Numbered from the stretch's first letter, positions 31,075 through 42,007 are shown. The stretch is DNA of 64,000 nucleotides from a bacterium (GCA_963693055.1 OY843751.1:1344001-1408000); one strand, 5' to 3'. Notes: generated by a model from the letters alone, not told the origin. Numbers and translations are program-made.

Positions 31075-31602
31075 TTATTCAACTGGTTCCTGTTCATGAG
31101 GATATGTACCTTCAACACATATGATATAATGCAAAGCCAAAAAAGGCTGCATGTTAGAGTGCCCGTTGATACCACCTTCCTGGCTTATTATCTCATCTCC
31201 CATTGTTTTGTTATCATGTTCTGCGCAATAACATAAAATGTTTTCAAGGTTTGGTTTTGCGAAAATATTGTTTTGGGGCTCGAAAGATTTTGTTGTATCA
31301 CTAACATCACAAAATACAGAGTGGCTATGAGACGGTGTATGATATTTTTGTAGATTAGATTTTTCTTTTCCCAGATAGGTTGCAAGATTATAGTTGCCTT
31401 CTCCCATTACTGCTCTGCCATTTAGGTTAGGTAAAGCAAAATATTCATGACCGTCCCCTCCATATTTTATATGAATAATAGAATACAGTTTTGTGTATTT
31501 TACAATCTTTAGCATATCACCATTACAGAACATCCAGTTCTTGGGTAGATAACTCCCGGCATAAAGTTTAATGGTTCCAATAAAATCATTGTTTTCTTGC
31601 AT
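31075..31602 (-). CDS. Phage tail-collar domain protein (MdpB-like), copy 1
   Basis: FIGTIKLYAG..NWMFCNG..YGGDG..FALPNLNGR..HSNMQPFLALHYIICVEG. Confidence 0.88.
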   Translation of the reverse strand: MQENNDFIGTIKLYAGSYLPKNWMFCNGDMLKIVKYTKLYSIIHIKYGGDGHEYFALPNLNGRAVMGEGNYNLATYLGKEKSNLQKYHTPSHSHSVFCDVSDTTKSFEPQNNIFAKPNLENILCYCAEHDNKTMGDEIISQEGGINGHSNMQPFLALHYIICVEGTYPHEQEPVE

Positions 31603-31757
31603 AAACCCTCCTGTTTGATTTTTGAATTTGGAATTGTCAAACCAGTCCCCTTAATTTTGCCCGGTTTTATTAACAGGAATTGTATTGGAGGGACCAATTT
31701 ATTCATATACAAATGCAACTGAATTGATGTAAAGATATGGAATATATTGATGCCCTA

Positions 31758-31796
31758 ACAAGCACATATGTTTCAAAATGCAGAGATTATGTTGCA
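31758..31796 (-). promoter_or_regulatory. Degenerate copy of the direct-repeat operator upstream of the tail-collar operon
   Basis: 31758-31800 matches 56131-56173 at 33/43 positions without gaps; TATCTT lies 20 nt downstream (31732-31737). Confidence 0.6.
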
Positions 31797-31956
31797 TTTG
31801 AGATGTTGAAAGGTGATTTTTCGAGAAAAAATTGTATTTTGCGGATAATTGGTTTATGAATTGAAAAACTTTAATTCAGGGTTCTGATAGTATTTAAATT
31901 GTGAATGGTGTGTAAAGAAACCTCCCCGGAATCATCGATTCCAGGGAGGGAGATAG

Positions 31957-33132
31957 TTATTTTAAAAGTTGAATTTTCTGGCTCTGATGGTAACGTGCTG
32001 TATGCATACGAACCAGATAAGTCCCGCTTGCTGCTGTTACGCCTGAATCCGTTGAGCCGTCCCATTGGATGGTATATTCACCGGCGGCCTGGTGCTGATC
32101 GGCCAGCATTTTGATCTGGCGGCCCAATATGTCATAAACAGCGAGAGTCATATGGCTGTCTATCGCTAACTGGTATTTGAGCATTGTGGTTGGATTAAAA
32201 GGATTGGGATACGCTGCGAACAACTGTGTAGTTAAAGGCACAGTTGATTTAGCAGATGTTGTTCCGATCTCGTTCCTGTCACCGTTTATATTGACTTCAA
32301 ACAATCGATAACTGTAATCTGCTCCTGCTGTAATATTTGCATCCGTAAAACTGTAATCAGACGGGGAAGACGTTGTTCCTTGTCCCGCCATTCTGTCATC
32401 GGATTGGTATGAAGCGATCTTTTGCCAGTCGGATTTATCTGTTTTGCGCTCGATGATGAACCCGAGATTATCGGATTCGCTGGCGGTGGTCCATTGCAAC
32501 TCTACAGAATTGCCTTTACCTATTGCTGAAAAGGAGAGCAGTTCAACGGGCAGGGAGGCGTCAGCTTCAAACTGAAAATCATCTATCATTAAATAAATAA
32601 CATTGTTTGTACCATAAGGTTCTATAATAAATTCAAGTTCATCCAATGTGTATGATGAATAACTGCTTAAATCGATATATGTGAAATAATTATTTGTAGA
32701 AGTGGTGTTGAATTCGTTATAATTGATTGTATGGGTAAACTGTGTACCTCCATCGAGTTTTCCTCTTATTAATATATTGTTATATTTTACAATCTGCTTT
32801 GAGGTATTGAGGGGAATGATATACAATTCATGAACTTTAAAATCGCTGGTAGTGTTGGTAAATGAACCCACAGTTCCACCCCCGTATACCGGGTTGGCAA
32901 AATTAGATATAAAATAATCATCATCAAATCCCCAGCCGGCCTTGTAATCCACTTCTAACTGGCTGGTAACGTTGAAATTTAATGTTCCTTCCGAAAAGGA
33001 TTTGTCACCATCGGAATGATCTGCAAATTTTTCAGTAGTTTGTGAATAAACACTTGATACAAATAAAAGCAGGGATAAAAAAATGTAGACTATAAGCGCT
33101 CTCTTTATTGAAAAATTTGAAAAATATTTCAT
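31957..33132 (-). CDS. Secreted protein with Ig + T9SS-type CTD
   Basis: Signal peptide, DASLPVEL and YPNPFNP. Confidence 0.8.
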   Translation of the reverse strand: MKYFSNFSIKRALIVYIFLSLLLFVSSVYSQTTEKFADHSDGDKSFSEGTLNFNVTSQLEVDYKAGWGFDDDYFISNFANPVYGGGTVGSFTNTTSDFKVHELYIIPLNTSKQIVKYNNILIRGKLDGGTQFTHTINYNEFNTTSTNNYFTYIDLSSYSSYTLDELEFIIEPYGTNNVIYLMIDDFQFEADASLPVELLSFSAIGKGNSVELQWTTASESDNLGFIIERKTDKSDWQKIASYQSDDRMAGQGTTSSPSDYSFTDANITAGADYSYRLFEVNINGDRNEIGTTSAKSTVPLTTQLFAAYPNPFNPTTMLKYQLAIDSHMTLAVYDILGRQIKMLADQHQAAGEYTIQWDGSTDSGVTAASGTYLVRMHTARYHQSQKIQLLK

Positions 33133-33252
33133 TTTGCCTCCTGTACAGTTTTTTTTAGGGTTTTTTGTCCCAATTTGAAATTTTATGAAATTTGTAATAT
33201 TATACCAATAAAAAATATTTTTTCATCAGACATGAAAAATGATAAGATAAAG

Positions 33253-34121
33253 TTACTTTATAAGCATAATTTTTTGTAACTGGTTAAGACCATTTGCCTG
33301 CATGCGCACCAGGTACGTGCCGCTTGGCGCGGCAGCTCCCGAGTCCATTGTTCCGTTTCATTGAATAGAATATTCACCTGCTGATTGTTCAGCATTTTAA
33401 TCTGTCTGCCCAGTACGTTATATACTGCCAACGTTACGTGGCTATCTTTTGCCAGATTATAATTCAGGGTTGTTGACGGATTGTAGTACACCGCGAACAA
33501 CTGTGTAGTTACAGGCACAGTTGATTTATCAGATGTTGTACCTATCTCGTTTCTGTCACCGTTTATATTGACTTCGGAGAGGCGATAATCGTTATCCATT
33601 CCAGCGGTTACATCGGTATCGCTATAGCTGTATTGTGACGAGGAGGAGGTGGTGCCTTTTCCCACGAGCGCGTTATCGGTTTGGTAAGATGCAATCTTTT
33701 GCCAGTCGGATTTATCTATTTTGCGCTCGATGATGAAACCGAGATTGTCGGATTCGCTGGCGGTGGTCCATTGCAACTCGACTAAATTGTTTTTACCTGC
33801 AGCAGAGAAGGAAAGCAGTTCAACGGGCAGGGAGGCGTCCGTAACAGTACCACTTCCACTAACTGGGGCAAAATTTAAACCTAAAGGTGAGGCAGGTGCA
33901 GTACCTACTACATAGTATGGAGTATAATAAAATAATATATCCTCTTTATCATTAGTGTTATCATCTATAATCCAGTAATCATAGGTGCCGTTTGCGGCAA
34001 TAGGAGATGTTATACCGGAAACGGTCAAATCTCCAGCCCAAAGCGGTAAATTCGATCCTAATAGTAGAAATAAAAACAATAGGTGATCCGATCTTAATTG
34101 TAATTTTTGTAACAATTTCAT
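33253..34121 (-). pseudogene. Degenerate T9SS-type CTD protein gene
   Basis: YPNPFN is reduced to YYN. A frameshift follows NNQ; the alternative frame reads AGEYSIQ*NGT..QKIMLIK* with TGA at the conserved Trp. Confidence 0.75.
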
Positions 34122-34466
34122 ATTTACTACTTTTTTTGTTTCGAGAATATTTTAGTATGATACGTATGATTTTTGATCAGGGTTAAAATTAAGGTTAGAG
34201 CAAGTGCATAAATTTGACACTTGAATTTTATTATAAATTTCCTGAATGCATATACTAATGCTTATCATGTTCCACGTATTATCTTTAGTATTGTAGAAAC
34301 TTTTGTCTATTAACGTGTCGTAATGTTACTTGTCGTACAGATAAATGTACAGTAATATGTAAATTTTGATCAAATTGATATTGTTTTTCTATGGTAAGGT
34401 AAAGTTTGTTATTGATTAATATAAAAATCTAATAATGAAAAGTCAATGTTTAAAAAGGATTTACGT

Positions 34467-34502
34467 AAAAAAAGCCCTTCCTGGAAATTCCGAAAGGGCT
34501 TT
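34467..34502 (-). terminator. Terminator resembling the groEL terminator
   Basis: AAAAAAAGCCCTTCCTGGAAATTCCGAAAGGGCTTT hairpin with a U-tail on the minus strand. Confidence 0.65.
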
Positions 34503-34566
34503 AATTATTTTGAAAAAAGTAAGTCGGGATATTAGTATATCTAATCCATGACGAGATGGAGTTGAA

Positions 34567-37185
34567 TTACTTTATTAATAATATTTTTTGTATCTGGTTA
34601 AATCCATTTGCCTGCATTTTTACCAGATATGTTCCGCTTGCTACTGTTACGCCTGAATCCGTTGAGCCGTCCCATTGGATGGTATATTCACCGGCAGCCT
34701 GGTGCTGATCGGCCAGCATTTTGATCTGGCGGCCCAATATGTCATAAACAGCGAGAGTCATATGGCTGTCTATCGCTAACTGGTATTTGATCATTGTGGT
34801 TGGATTAAAAGGATTGGGATACGCCGCGAATAACTGTGTAGTTGTGGGGATTGCGCTCATATCTACAGCCGTTGTCGAAATAACGGATTTTAGTCCGGTT
34901 GTGCTGACTTGGAAGAGGCGATAATCGTAATCCATTCCAGCGGTTACATCGGTATCGCTATAGCTGTATTGTGACGAAGAGGAAGCAGTGCCTTTTCCCA
35001 CGAGCGCGTTATTGGATTGGTAGGAAGCGATCTGCTGCCAGTCGGATTTATCTGTTTTGCGCTCAATGATAAAGCCCAGGTTGTCAATTTCGCTGGCTGT
35101 GGCCCAGGTCAGTTCAACGGCGCTGTTTTTAGGTGTGGCGTTAAACGCGACCAGTTCAACAGGCAGCGAGGCGTCGCCACCGGAGAGTGGACCGTTAGAG
35201 ATAGAGCTTGCAAGCGTGCCGTTACTCAGGGTCAGGCTGGCATCATTCACCAATACGCCCTGCACAACGCCCGTGGCCGCGCCTGAAACATCTCCGGTGA
35301 GAAAATAGTAAACACCACCGGTGCTGATGGCGCTGGTGAATCCTGAGAAAGAAGCGGAATTTTCATCGCCGGGATCGGAAACGACCGTGGCGCCGAGCTG
35401 GGTATCGGCCCCGGACTCAAAAGTAGCGTCCGTGGATGACCACAGTTTAAGGTTTGAGAGTCCGGTACGGGTACCGTTGAGTTGAATAGAGGCGGCGGTC
35501 AGGTCTGCACCTGCCACATCGCCGGTCAATTGAAACCGCCCCAGGGCTTGGTCCGTACTGCCTTGTGAAACAACGGGTGAAAAACCGCTGCCGTTGGTAA
35601 AGGTAATGGTAGCACTGTTTGTGGTTACATTGTTAGGATTTCCAGTCTCTGACCCGGTCAAATAAAGCTCTGACCCGGCGCCCTGATTATATTCGCAAAC
35701 ATGTATACGATAGGTCGTTCCCGGGGCAAGGCCGCTGACAGATTCGCTTGTGCCCGGTCCGTTATAAATACAATACCAGCCGGAAGAACCAATCTGGCTA
35801 CCAGAGCCGAATGTTGTGTTGGCAGTGTATGTGCTGTTATCTACCGGACTTGCAGTGCCGGAAGATGTAGCTGCCATAAACACGGCACAATTGGCGCCGT
35901 CTCCCCGGGTCCAGGATATTGTTGCGCTTGCTGCCGTCAGGTTGGAAAAAGTAACATCCGTGGCCTGGCTTGTTGGCGCGGCAATTAACTCAAAAGCCCC
36001 AATATCTGCATTTGTTCCACAGGGACGAGAGTAACCCCGCTGGTCTGTAGGATAAACACCGTTATAAGAATTTCCACCTTCTGGAATGGCATTGATTGCG
36101 GCGCTGCCGGTTAAAAGAGCATGAGTTTTTGTACTTCCTCCATTGTTTGCCAAAGTGCCAATGTTTAATGTGCCGCTTTGTATATCACCGGTCCCGGTTA
36201 AAGAAGCCAAAACCCCATTACAAAGATTGTATCCTTGTGAATTAAGAGAGCCACTGCCACTGGTATTTAAATTTGCACCTGTAGAAGCCGTGTTGTTGGC
36301 AAGAATTGTGTTTTTCATATTAACGGTGGCAGTTCTTAAATTAATACCACCACCGTTTGTTGCCGAGTTGTTAACAATAGTACACGAATTTATGTTTATT
36401 GTGTTATTGGCCGTTCCATCAGAATAAGCGCCCCCTTGATTGGTGGCACTATTACCTGATAGTGTAGAGTTTTTTATATTAACATTCCCGTCATACCAAT
36501 AGATACCACCACCTATATCAGCTGACTGGTTATTACTTATCGTGCAATTGGTAACAGTTAAACTTCCGGTAGATTGATACTGTCCAATGGCAGCGCCCAT
36601 GTCGGCATTATTATTTTCAAGGGTACAATTTTCTATTGTAATACTTCCGTTATAAGAGCCCACAGCGCCTCCCCTGTCTGCTGCTGTGTTCCCTGAAAAA
36701 ACAGAGTTTGTTATTTGCACAGTTCCATTATAATTATCAACAGCTCCTCCGCTCCCGCTGCCTGTAACCTGGTTCCCGGAAAAAAAACAGTTATTTATAG
36801 TCAATGTTCCTAGATTGTTCTCTATTCCGGCACCATAATTTGATACAAAGCCATTTATTATAGATAAATTATTAATCTCAACAGTAGCACTAACTTCTAT
36901 TACTCTGGAAGAATTTCCTCCGCTAATTGTTAGTTGAGAAGCACCGGGTCCGTTAATTGTTAGGTTCTTGGAAATAGAAAGTTGAGAAGAAAGAGTAATT
37001 GTACCGGTAACAGAAAAATCAATATCATCGCCCGGAGATGCATCGGTAATGGCCTGCCTTAAAGAACCAGCATTGGAATCGTTTGTATTCGTAACAGTAA
37101 TAGTTGCAGCTAAAGTCTGTTGATAGATACCAAGAAAAACCAGACAGATTATGAAAAGACTTTTTTTTAAGATGATTTTTATCAT
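34567..37185 (-). CDS. Secreted right-handed beta-helix / choice-of-anchor-Q protein with Ig + T9SS-type CTD
   Basis: VTNTNDS..GSLRQAI, GGA[IV] repeats, LANNGGSTKTHALL..DQRG..DIGAFE, and YPNPFNP. Confidence 0.85.
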   Translation of the reverse strand: MIKIILKKSLFIICLVFLGIYQQTLAATITVTNTNDSNAGSLRQAITDASPGDDIDFSVTGTITLSSQLSISKNLTINGPGASQLTISGGNSSRVIEVSATVEINNLSIINGFVSNYGAGIENNLGTLTINNCFFSGNQVTGSGSGGAVDNYNGTVQITNSVFSGNTAADRGGAVGSYNGSITIENCTLENNNADMGAAIGQYQSTGSLTVTNCTISNNQSADIGGGIYWYDGNVNIKNSTLSGNSATNQGGAYSDGTANNTININSCTIVNNSATNGGGINLRTATVNMKNTILANNTASTGANLNTSGSGSLNSQGYNLCNGVLASLTGTGDIQSGTLNIGTLANNGGSTKTHALLTGSAAINAIPEGGNSYNGVYPTDQRGYSRPCGTNADIGAFELIAAPTSQATDVTFSNLTAASATISWTRGDGANCAVFMAATSSGTASPVDNSTYTANTTFGSGSQIGSSGWYCIYNGPGTSESVSGLAPGTTYRIHVCEYNQGAGSELYLTGSETGNPNNVTTNSATITFTNGSGFSPVVSQGSTDQALGRFQLTGDVAGADLTAASIQLNGTRTGLSNLKLWSSTDATFESGADTQLGATVVSDPGDENSASFSGFTSAISTGGVYYFLTGDVSGAATGVVQGVLVNDASLTLSNGTLASSISNGPLSGGDASLPVELVAFNATPKNSAVELTWATASEIDNLGFIIERKTDKSDWQQIASYQSNNALVGKGTASSSSQYSYSDTDVTAGMDYDYRLFQVSTTGLKSVISTTAVDMSAIPTTTQLFAAYPNPFNPTTMIKYQLAIDSHMTLAVYDILGRQIKMLADQHQAAGEYTIQWDGSTDSGVTVASGTYLVKMQANGFNQIQKILLIK

Positions 37186-37324
37186 TTTTGCTCCTATGGA
37201 ATTTTGGGTTTAAACTGCAATCACACATAAAGTAAAAATTAATATACAATGATTCAATGAAAAATATAAAGCAGTCAGTTTTATAATACTCTGTTGTAAA
37301 TGTAAGCATTGTTGGGGACTGAAA

Positions 37325-37363
37325 CCAAGTCTGTAAGTTGCAAAAGGCCGATGCTATGTTGCA
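37325..37363 (-). promoter_or_regulatory. Degenerate copy of the direct-repeat operator upstream of 34567-37185
   Basis: CCAAG...TAAGTTGCAAAA...TATGTTGCA with the same 21-bp period; TACATT lies 20 nt downstream (37299-37304). Confidence 0.5.
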
Positions 37364-37456
37364 TTAAAGAAAAGTAGGGAAAAATTTGTCAAGTAAGCGG
37401 TGAAAAATATGGGGGGGACCGGCAAATGGGCGCCAGTCCCTAACAAAAGCAAGAAT

Positions 37457-39481
37457 TTATTTCATCAAGATAATTTTTTGTAACTGCGACCGGCCACCTG
37501 CCTGCAAACGCACCAGGTAGGCGCCGCTGGGCGCAGCCAGTCCGGCGTTTGTTGTGCCGTTCCAGGTGGCTGCGTACTCACCCGCAGATTGTTGTTGGTT
37601 AACCAATTGTTTGACCTGGCGGCCCAACACATCGTACACGGCCAGGGTCACGTGACTGTCGTTTGCCAACTGGTATTTGAGTGTGGTCTGCGGATTAAAC
37701 GGATTGGGATACGCCGCGAACAGTTGCGTGGTGGTTGGCGTTACAGCGGCAGTAACCTCAGTTGTGGCAAGAGCATTAACCTGACCATTCACATCCACAT
37801 CAGACAGTCGATATGTATAGCTGCCGCCCGCTGTCACATCTTTGTCGGTATAGCTGTATAGTTTTGGCGAGGAAGCAGTGCCTTTTCCCACGAGCGCGTT
37901 ATTGGATTGGTAGGAAGCGATCTGCTGCCAGTCGGATTTATCTGTTTTGCGCTCAATGATAAAGCCCAGGTTGTCGGTTTCACTGGCAGTGGTCCATTCC
38001 ACTGCAACACTATTGCCTTTTTTTGTGGCTGAAAAAGAAACAAGCTCAACCGGCAGGGAAGCGTCGCCATTAGAAAGCGGGGCGTTGGTTATAGTACCGG
38101 ACAGTGTACCGGAGGCAATGGTCAGGCTGCTGTTATTGACGAGCACACCCTGCACGACACCGGTAGCATCAGAGGCCACATCACCGGTAAGAAAATAATA
38201 AACATCGCTGGTACCTATTGCGCTGGTAAAACTTGCAAAAGTCGCCGTGCTGCCGTCTCCGGGATCAGCAGTCACAGTGGCCCCGAGTTGTGTATCCGAG
38301 CCGAATGCTGCATCAGCAGACATCCATAGTTTCAGGTTCGAGAGACCTGTACGGGTGCCGTTGAGCTGGATGGATGCATCTGTGAGTGACGCGCCTGCAA
38401 CATCACCGGCCAACTGGAAGCGACCTAAAACCTGATCAGTACTGCCTTTGGTGATGTCGGGAGCAAAACCGCTGCCGTCTGTGAATGTTACGCTGGCATC
38501 GGCTGTGATTACATTATCAGGATTATCGGTGCCGGTTGTAGTCATATATACTTCGGAACCGGGGCCCCCGTTATATTCGCAAACATGTACACGATAGGTT
38601 GTATTTAAACTTAATCCACTGACAGATACACTCGTTCCTGTACCATTATAAACACAATACCAGCCGCTGGAACCGACTTGCGTTCCTGAACCGAATGCTG
38701 TATTAGCAGTGTAGGTGCTGTTATCTACCGGACTTGCAGTGCCGGAAGATGTAGCTGCCATAAACACGGCACAATTGGCGCCGTCTCCCCGGGTCCAGCT
38801 AATGGTTGTTCCGGAAGCAGAAGTACTGGAAAATCCTACGTTTGAAGCCTGGGTGGTGGGGGCGGGGGTGACTGCCGTACCTATACTAATATTATTAAAG
38901 CCTGCTTTGATTTTAGTGCCGGAAACGTTTGTAATTCTTACTTCATCCACATTGCCAAAAATGCTGGTAGAAAAATCTGACAAGGTAAATGTTTCCTCAT
39001 GCGAGGTGCCATTGACGCTCAAGTTTACCGAACCCGTGGATACATTGTCTTTGAATCCTTCAAAGTTTGATGTGGCCTGGCTGTTGTCAAACAAATAATC
39101 CGTGATGTAAATGGATTGAAAGCTGAATTCACTTCCGTCATTGCTCATTATAACGATTACTGTAGGTAAATTATTTTCTTCAACAATCGTATTCCCGGTT
39201 GTAACATCAATAGGTATCACCTGGTCGTGCGTCATAAACATATATTCTTTTGAATAAAAAACAAAACTACCGGTATTGGTGCGGGACGTAGCATCCGCGT
39301 CTGTCATAGCACCAAAAACATTCAATTGTATGCCGGGAATGTCATTTGAAAAAATGCCGTCATGAAGAATTTGTCCTATATTGGTCTCATCTGTCCCTGT
39401 AAACGCAACGGTGCCGGTTTGGGCGAATAGGGATGTGGAATTGAATAGTACCAAGATTGATAAGCAGATTAACTTTTTCAT
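37457..39481 (-). CDS. Secreted FN3/Ig multidomain protein with T9SS-type CTD
   Basis: Shares the ISWTRGDGANCAVFMAAT and QVLGRFQL modules with 34567-37185 and 24379-26349; YPNPFNP. Confidence 0.8.
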   Translation of the reverse strand: MKKLICLSILVLFNSTSLFAQTGTVAFTGTDETNIGQILHDGIFSNDIPGIQLNVFGAMTDADATSRTNTGSFVFYSKEYMFMTHDQVIPIDVTTGNTIVEENNLPTVIVIMSNDGSEFSFQSIYITDYLFDNSQATSNFEGFKDNVSTGSVNLSVNGTSHEETFTLSDFSTSIFGNVDEVRITNVSGTKIKAGFNNISIGTAVTPAPTTQASNVGFSSTSASGTTISWTRGDGANCAVFMAATSSGTASPVDNSTYTANTAFGSGTQVGSSGWYCVYNGTGTSVSVSGLSLNTTYRVHVCEYNGGPGSEVYMTTTGTDNPDNVITADASVTFTDGSGFAPDITKGSTDQVLGRFQLAGDVAGASLTDASIQLNGTRTGLSNLKLWMSADAAFGSDTQLGATVTADPGDGSTATFASFTSAIGTSDVYYFLTGDVASDATGVVQGVLVNNSSLTIASGTLSGTITNAPLSNGDASLPVELVSFSATKKGNSVAVEWTTASETDNLGFIIERKTDKSDWQQIASYQSNNALVGKGTASSPKLYSYTDKDVTAGGSYTYRLSDVDVNGQVNALATTEVTAAVTPTTTQLFAAYPNPFNPQTTLKYQLANDSHVTLAVYDVLGRQVKQLVNQQQSAGEYAATWNGTTNAGLAAPSGAYLVRLQAGGRSQLQKIILMK

Positions 39482-39665
39482 AAGAACCTCATTTGTTTAG
39501 AATAGCTATTTATAATGACGGTTAGTTATTGGTAATTTCAAAACATAAATATCACAATTTTTATGCCAGGTTTTTTAGTTTGCGTTTCGGAGAGAAGAAA
39601 GAAAAGAGAACCCCCAAAGTCCTTTGTTTAGGGCTTTGAGGGTTGTAAAAGTTTTTTATGATTTT

Positions 39666-41489
39666 TTACTTCATCAATAGGATCTTTTGTACCTGTGATG
39701 TATTACCTGCTTGAAATCTTGTCAGGTACATTCCGCTTGGAGCTGCTGTACCGGAATTAGTTGTACCGTCCCAGGAGACAGATTGTTCTCCGGCTGTTTG
39801 CTGCCCGCTGACCAGTGTTTTGATCTTGCGACCCAGAACGTCGTAAACAGCCAATGTTACATGGCTGTCTTTTGCCAGATTATAATTCAGTGTTGTAGTG
39901 GGATTGAATGGATTGGGATACGCCGCAAACAGTTGCGTGCTGGTTGGTGTTCTAGTTATTTCAACAGTTGTCGTTGATAGAACATTCACCTGACCACTGG
40001 TACTGACTTCTGACAAGCGATAGGAATATTGGTTGTCAGGTAAAACAGAGGTATCGTTATAGCTGTAATGTGTAGATGATTGTTTGGCGCCTTGTCCTGT
40101 TAATTGCTCGTTTTGCAAATAAGAAGCAATCTGCTGCCATTGTGTGTTTTTGGATTTGCGCTCGATGATAAATCCCAGGTTGTCAATTTCGCTGGCTGTG
40201 GTCCATTCCAGGTGAATTGTGTTGGCTTTGTATGATGCTGTAAAGGAGACCAGTTCCACGGGTAATGCATCGTCACCGACTTTGTACTCATATGTACCCA
40301 TGTCGATGGTGCCCGCCGCTCCTGTGGTTTTATCCAGTTTTCGGTCGTAGCCGTTACCGCGGATATCATAACTTTCAGTGCAATAGCTGTCGTTACCGGT
40401 ATCGGCACAGGGAGAAATACCGGAAATACTGTAGGGATGATCTGCATTGTTGGATACACCAACAAATAGTGGATTGGTAGTGATGCAATTATTGGTGGCC
40501 GTTAGCGTGCCGCCATTATTATAAATGTCACCTGCATCGTTTCCATAGCAGCTATAATTTAAAATGGGCGCTCCTGTGTCTATATAGATTTCATTACCAT
40601 TGGTAGTACTTGAATTACCCCAAATGATACAGTTATATAATTCAGGATCAGAATTGTTCGAGTATATTCCTCCTCCATTGTCCGCGGAATTACCAGTAAT
40701 GGTTACATTTGTCATTTGCATGGCTGATGATAACAAACATATACTGCCACCGTCTCCATCACATGTGTTATCACTGATCAATCCATTGATGAGAATGGGG
40801 GCGCCGGATGTATTATAAATTGCACCACCGGATACTGTTGCATAATTGCCAGTGAATGAGCAGTTGGTCATGCTTAAACCTGATCTTGTGTTAAGTATGG
40901 CACCACCGTATTTCGCTTCATTGTTTTTAAAAGTAACATTTACAAGCGTTGGTGTGCAGGTATTATTATACATTCCACCACCATAAACGTGCTGTGGTTG
41001 CTCTGAGTCAACATAATATGCCATGCCATCACTGATGGTTACACCATCAAGTACAGCTGTATTATCCAGGCTGATACTATTATGATAGAATACATGGTAA
41101 CAATGATCACCGCCCAGGTCGCCACTGAGAATGGTCTCATTGTCTTGTCCCGGGGCATAATTGGTGCGTTCGCTAACAACAGATTCTGTCCCTGCGAATC
41201 CACCATAGACAGTTACACCATTGATCAATCTGAAATGGTTATAAGTCGATCTGTTTCCACCAGCAAGGCCATAGTCGTAGGAGGGGACGTAGGTGCCTTT
41301 GGCGATCCAGATTTCATCGGGAGATGCCGCAACGTTCAAGGCTGATTGTAATGAGGTGTAGGCGTGGGTCCAACTGCTACCATCATCGTTTCCAGATGCA
41401 TTGATATCAACATAGATGGTGGCGCTCCATAGGGGTAGAACAATAGCAAGAGAAACAAGAACCATGAGTATAGTCTTTTTCATGATCAA
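39666..41489 (-). CDS. Secreted right-handed beta-helix protein with Ig + T9SS-type CTD
   Basis: IYVD..DGSSW..A..LQ.AL..IWIAKGTY, GGGMYN/GGAI repeats, IDMGTYEY and YPNPFNP. Confidence 0.85.
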   Translation of the reverse strand: MIMKKTILMVLVSLAIVLPLWSATIYVDINASGNDDGSSWTHAYTSLQSALNVAASPDEIWIAKGTYVPSYDYGLAGGNRSTYNHFRLINGVTVYGGFAGTESVVSERTNYAPGQDNETILSGDLGGDHCYHVFYHNSISLDNTAVLDGVTISDGMAYYVDSEQPQHVYGGGMYNNTCTPTLVNVTFKNNEAKYGGAILNTRSGLSMTNCSFTGNYATVSGGAIYNTSGAPILINGLISDNTCDGDGGSICLLSSAMQMTNVTITGNSADNGGGIYSNNSDPELYNCIIWGNSSTTNGNEIYIDTGAPILNYSCYGNDAGDIYNNGGTLTATNNCITTNPLFVGVSNNADHPYSISGISPCADTGNDSYCTESYDIRGNGYDRKLDKTTGAAGTIDMGTYEYKVGDDALPVELVSFTASYKANTIHLEWTTASEIDNLGFIIERKSKNTQWQQIASYLQNEQLTGQGAKQSSTHYSYNDTSVLPDNQYSYRLSEVSTSGQVNVLSTTTVEITRTPTSTQLFAAYPNPFNPTTTLNYNLAKDSHVTLAVYDVLGRKIKTLVSGQQTAGEQSVSWDGTTNSGTAAPSGMYLTRFQAGNTSQVQKILLMK

Positions 41490-42007
41490 TTCCTTGTTGT
41501 TTTGATTCGCAAACTGTTTTTTTATATGGAGATTTGAGAAAAGTAATATTGAATATAGAAAACTAGATTGTAAAAATCAAATCTAAATCATTAATTATTT
41601 TATAAATATGTTTTTTTTGATTTTGTCTCCAAATCGCATTTGGATCGGAGAGTTGTTGGTTTTTTCAAGATTATGACCTTTTTCAATACTCACTTTGAGG
41701 CTAGGTTCCGATTATTAGAACCTGCAAATGAGATACTGTCTGCGAACGGTCTGTTTATGTTATGCTGAGATTTCGTAAACATGAATTTATTAAAACTTTC
41801 AACTGGACAAAATATTAAAGGTTGTCCGAAATTATTTGATACGTATCTGGATAAATGTCTCAATTTCTCATTTATCCATTTGCAGAATAGTTTCAATTCA
41901 GGTTATAAATAGTGTCTTTCGGGAATGTAGCCCTTGCTTTCAAATTCCAAAGTTTGTAATTTAAAAATTATAGATTTTAATTATTTTTTTGTAAAGGAGG
42001 GTTATAA

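Noticed and set aside
29945-31602. Prophage or contractile injection system
   Set aside because: No capsid, terminase, sheath, tube, baseplate or integrase genes nearby.
41690-41896. 68-aa ORF in the AT-rich divergent intergenic region
   Set aside because: No RBS or motif; likely spurious.
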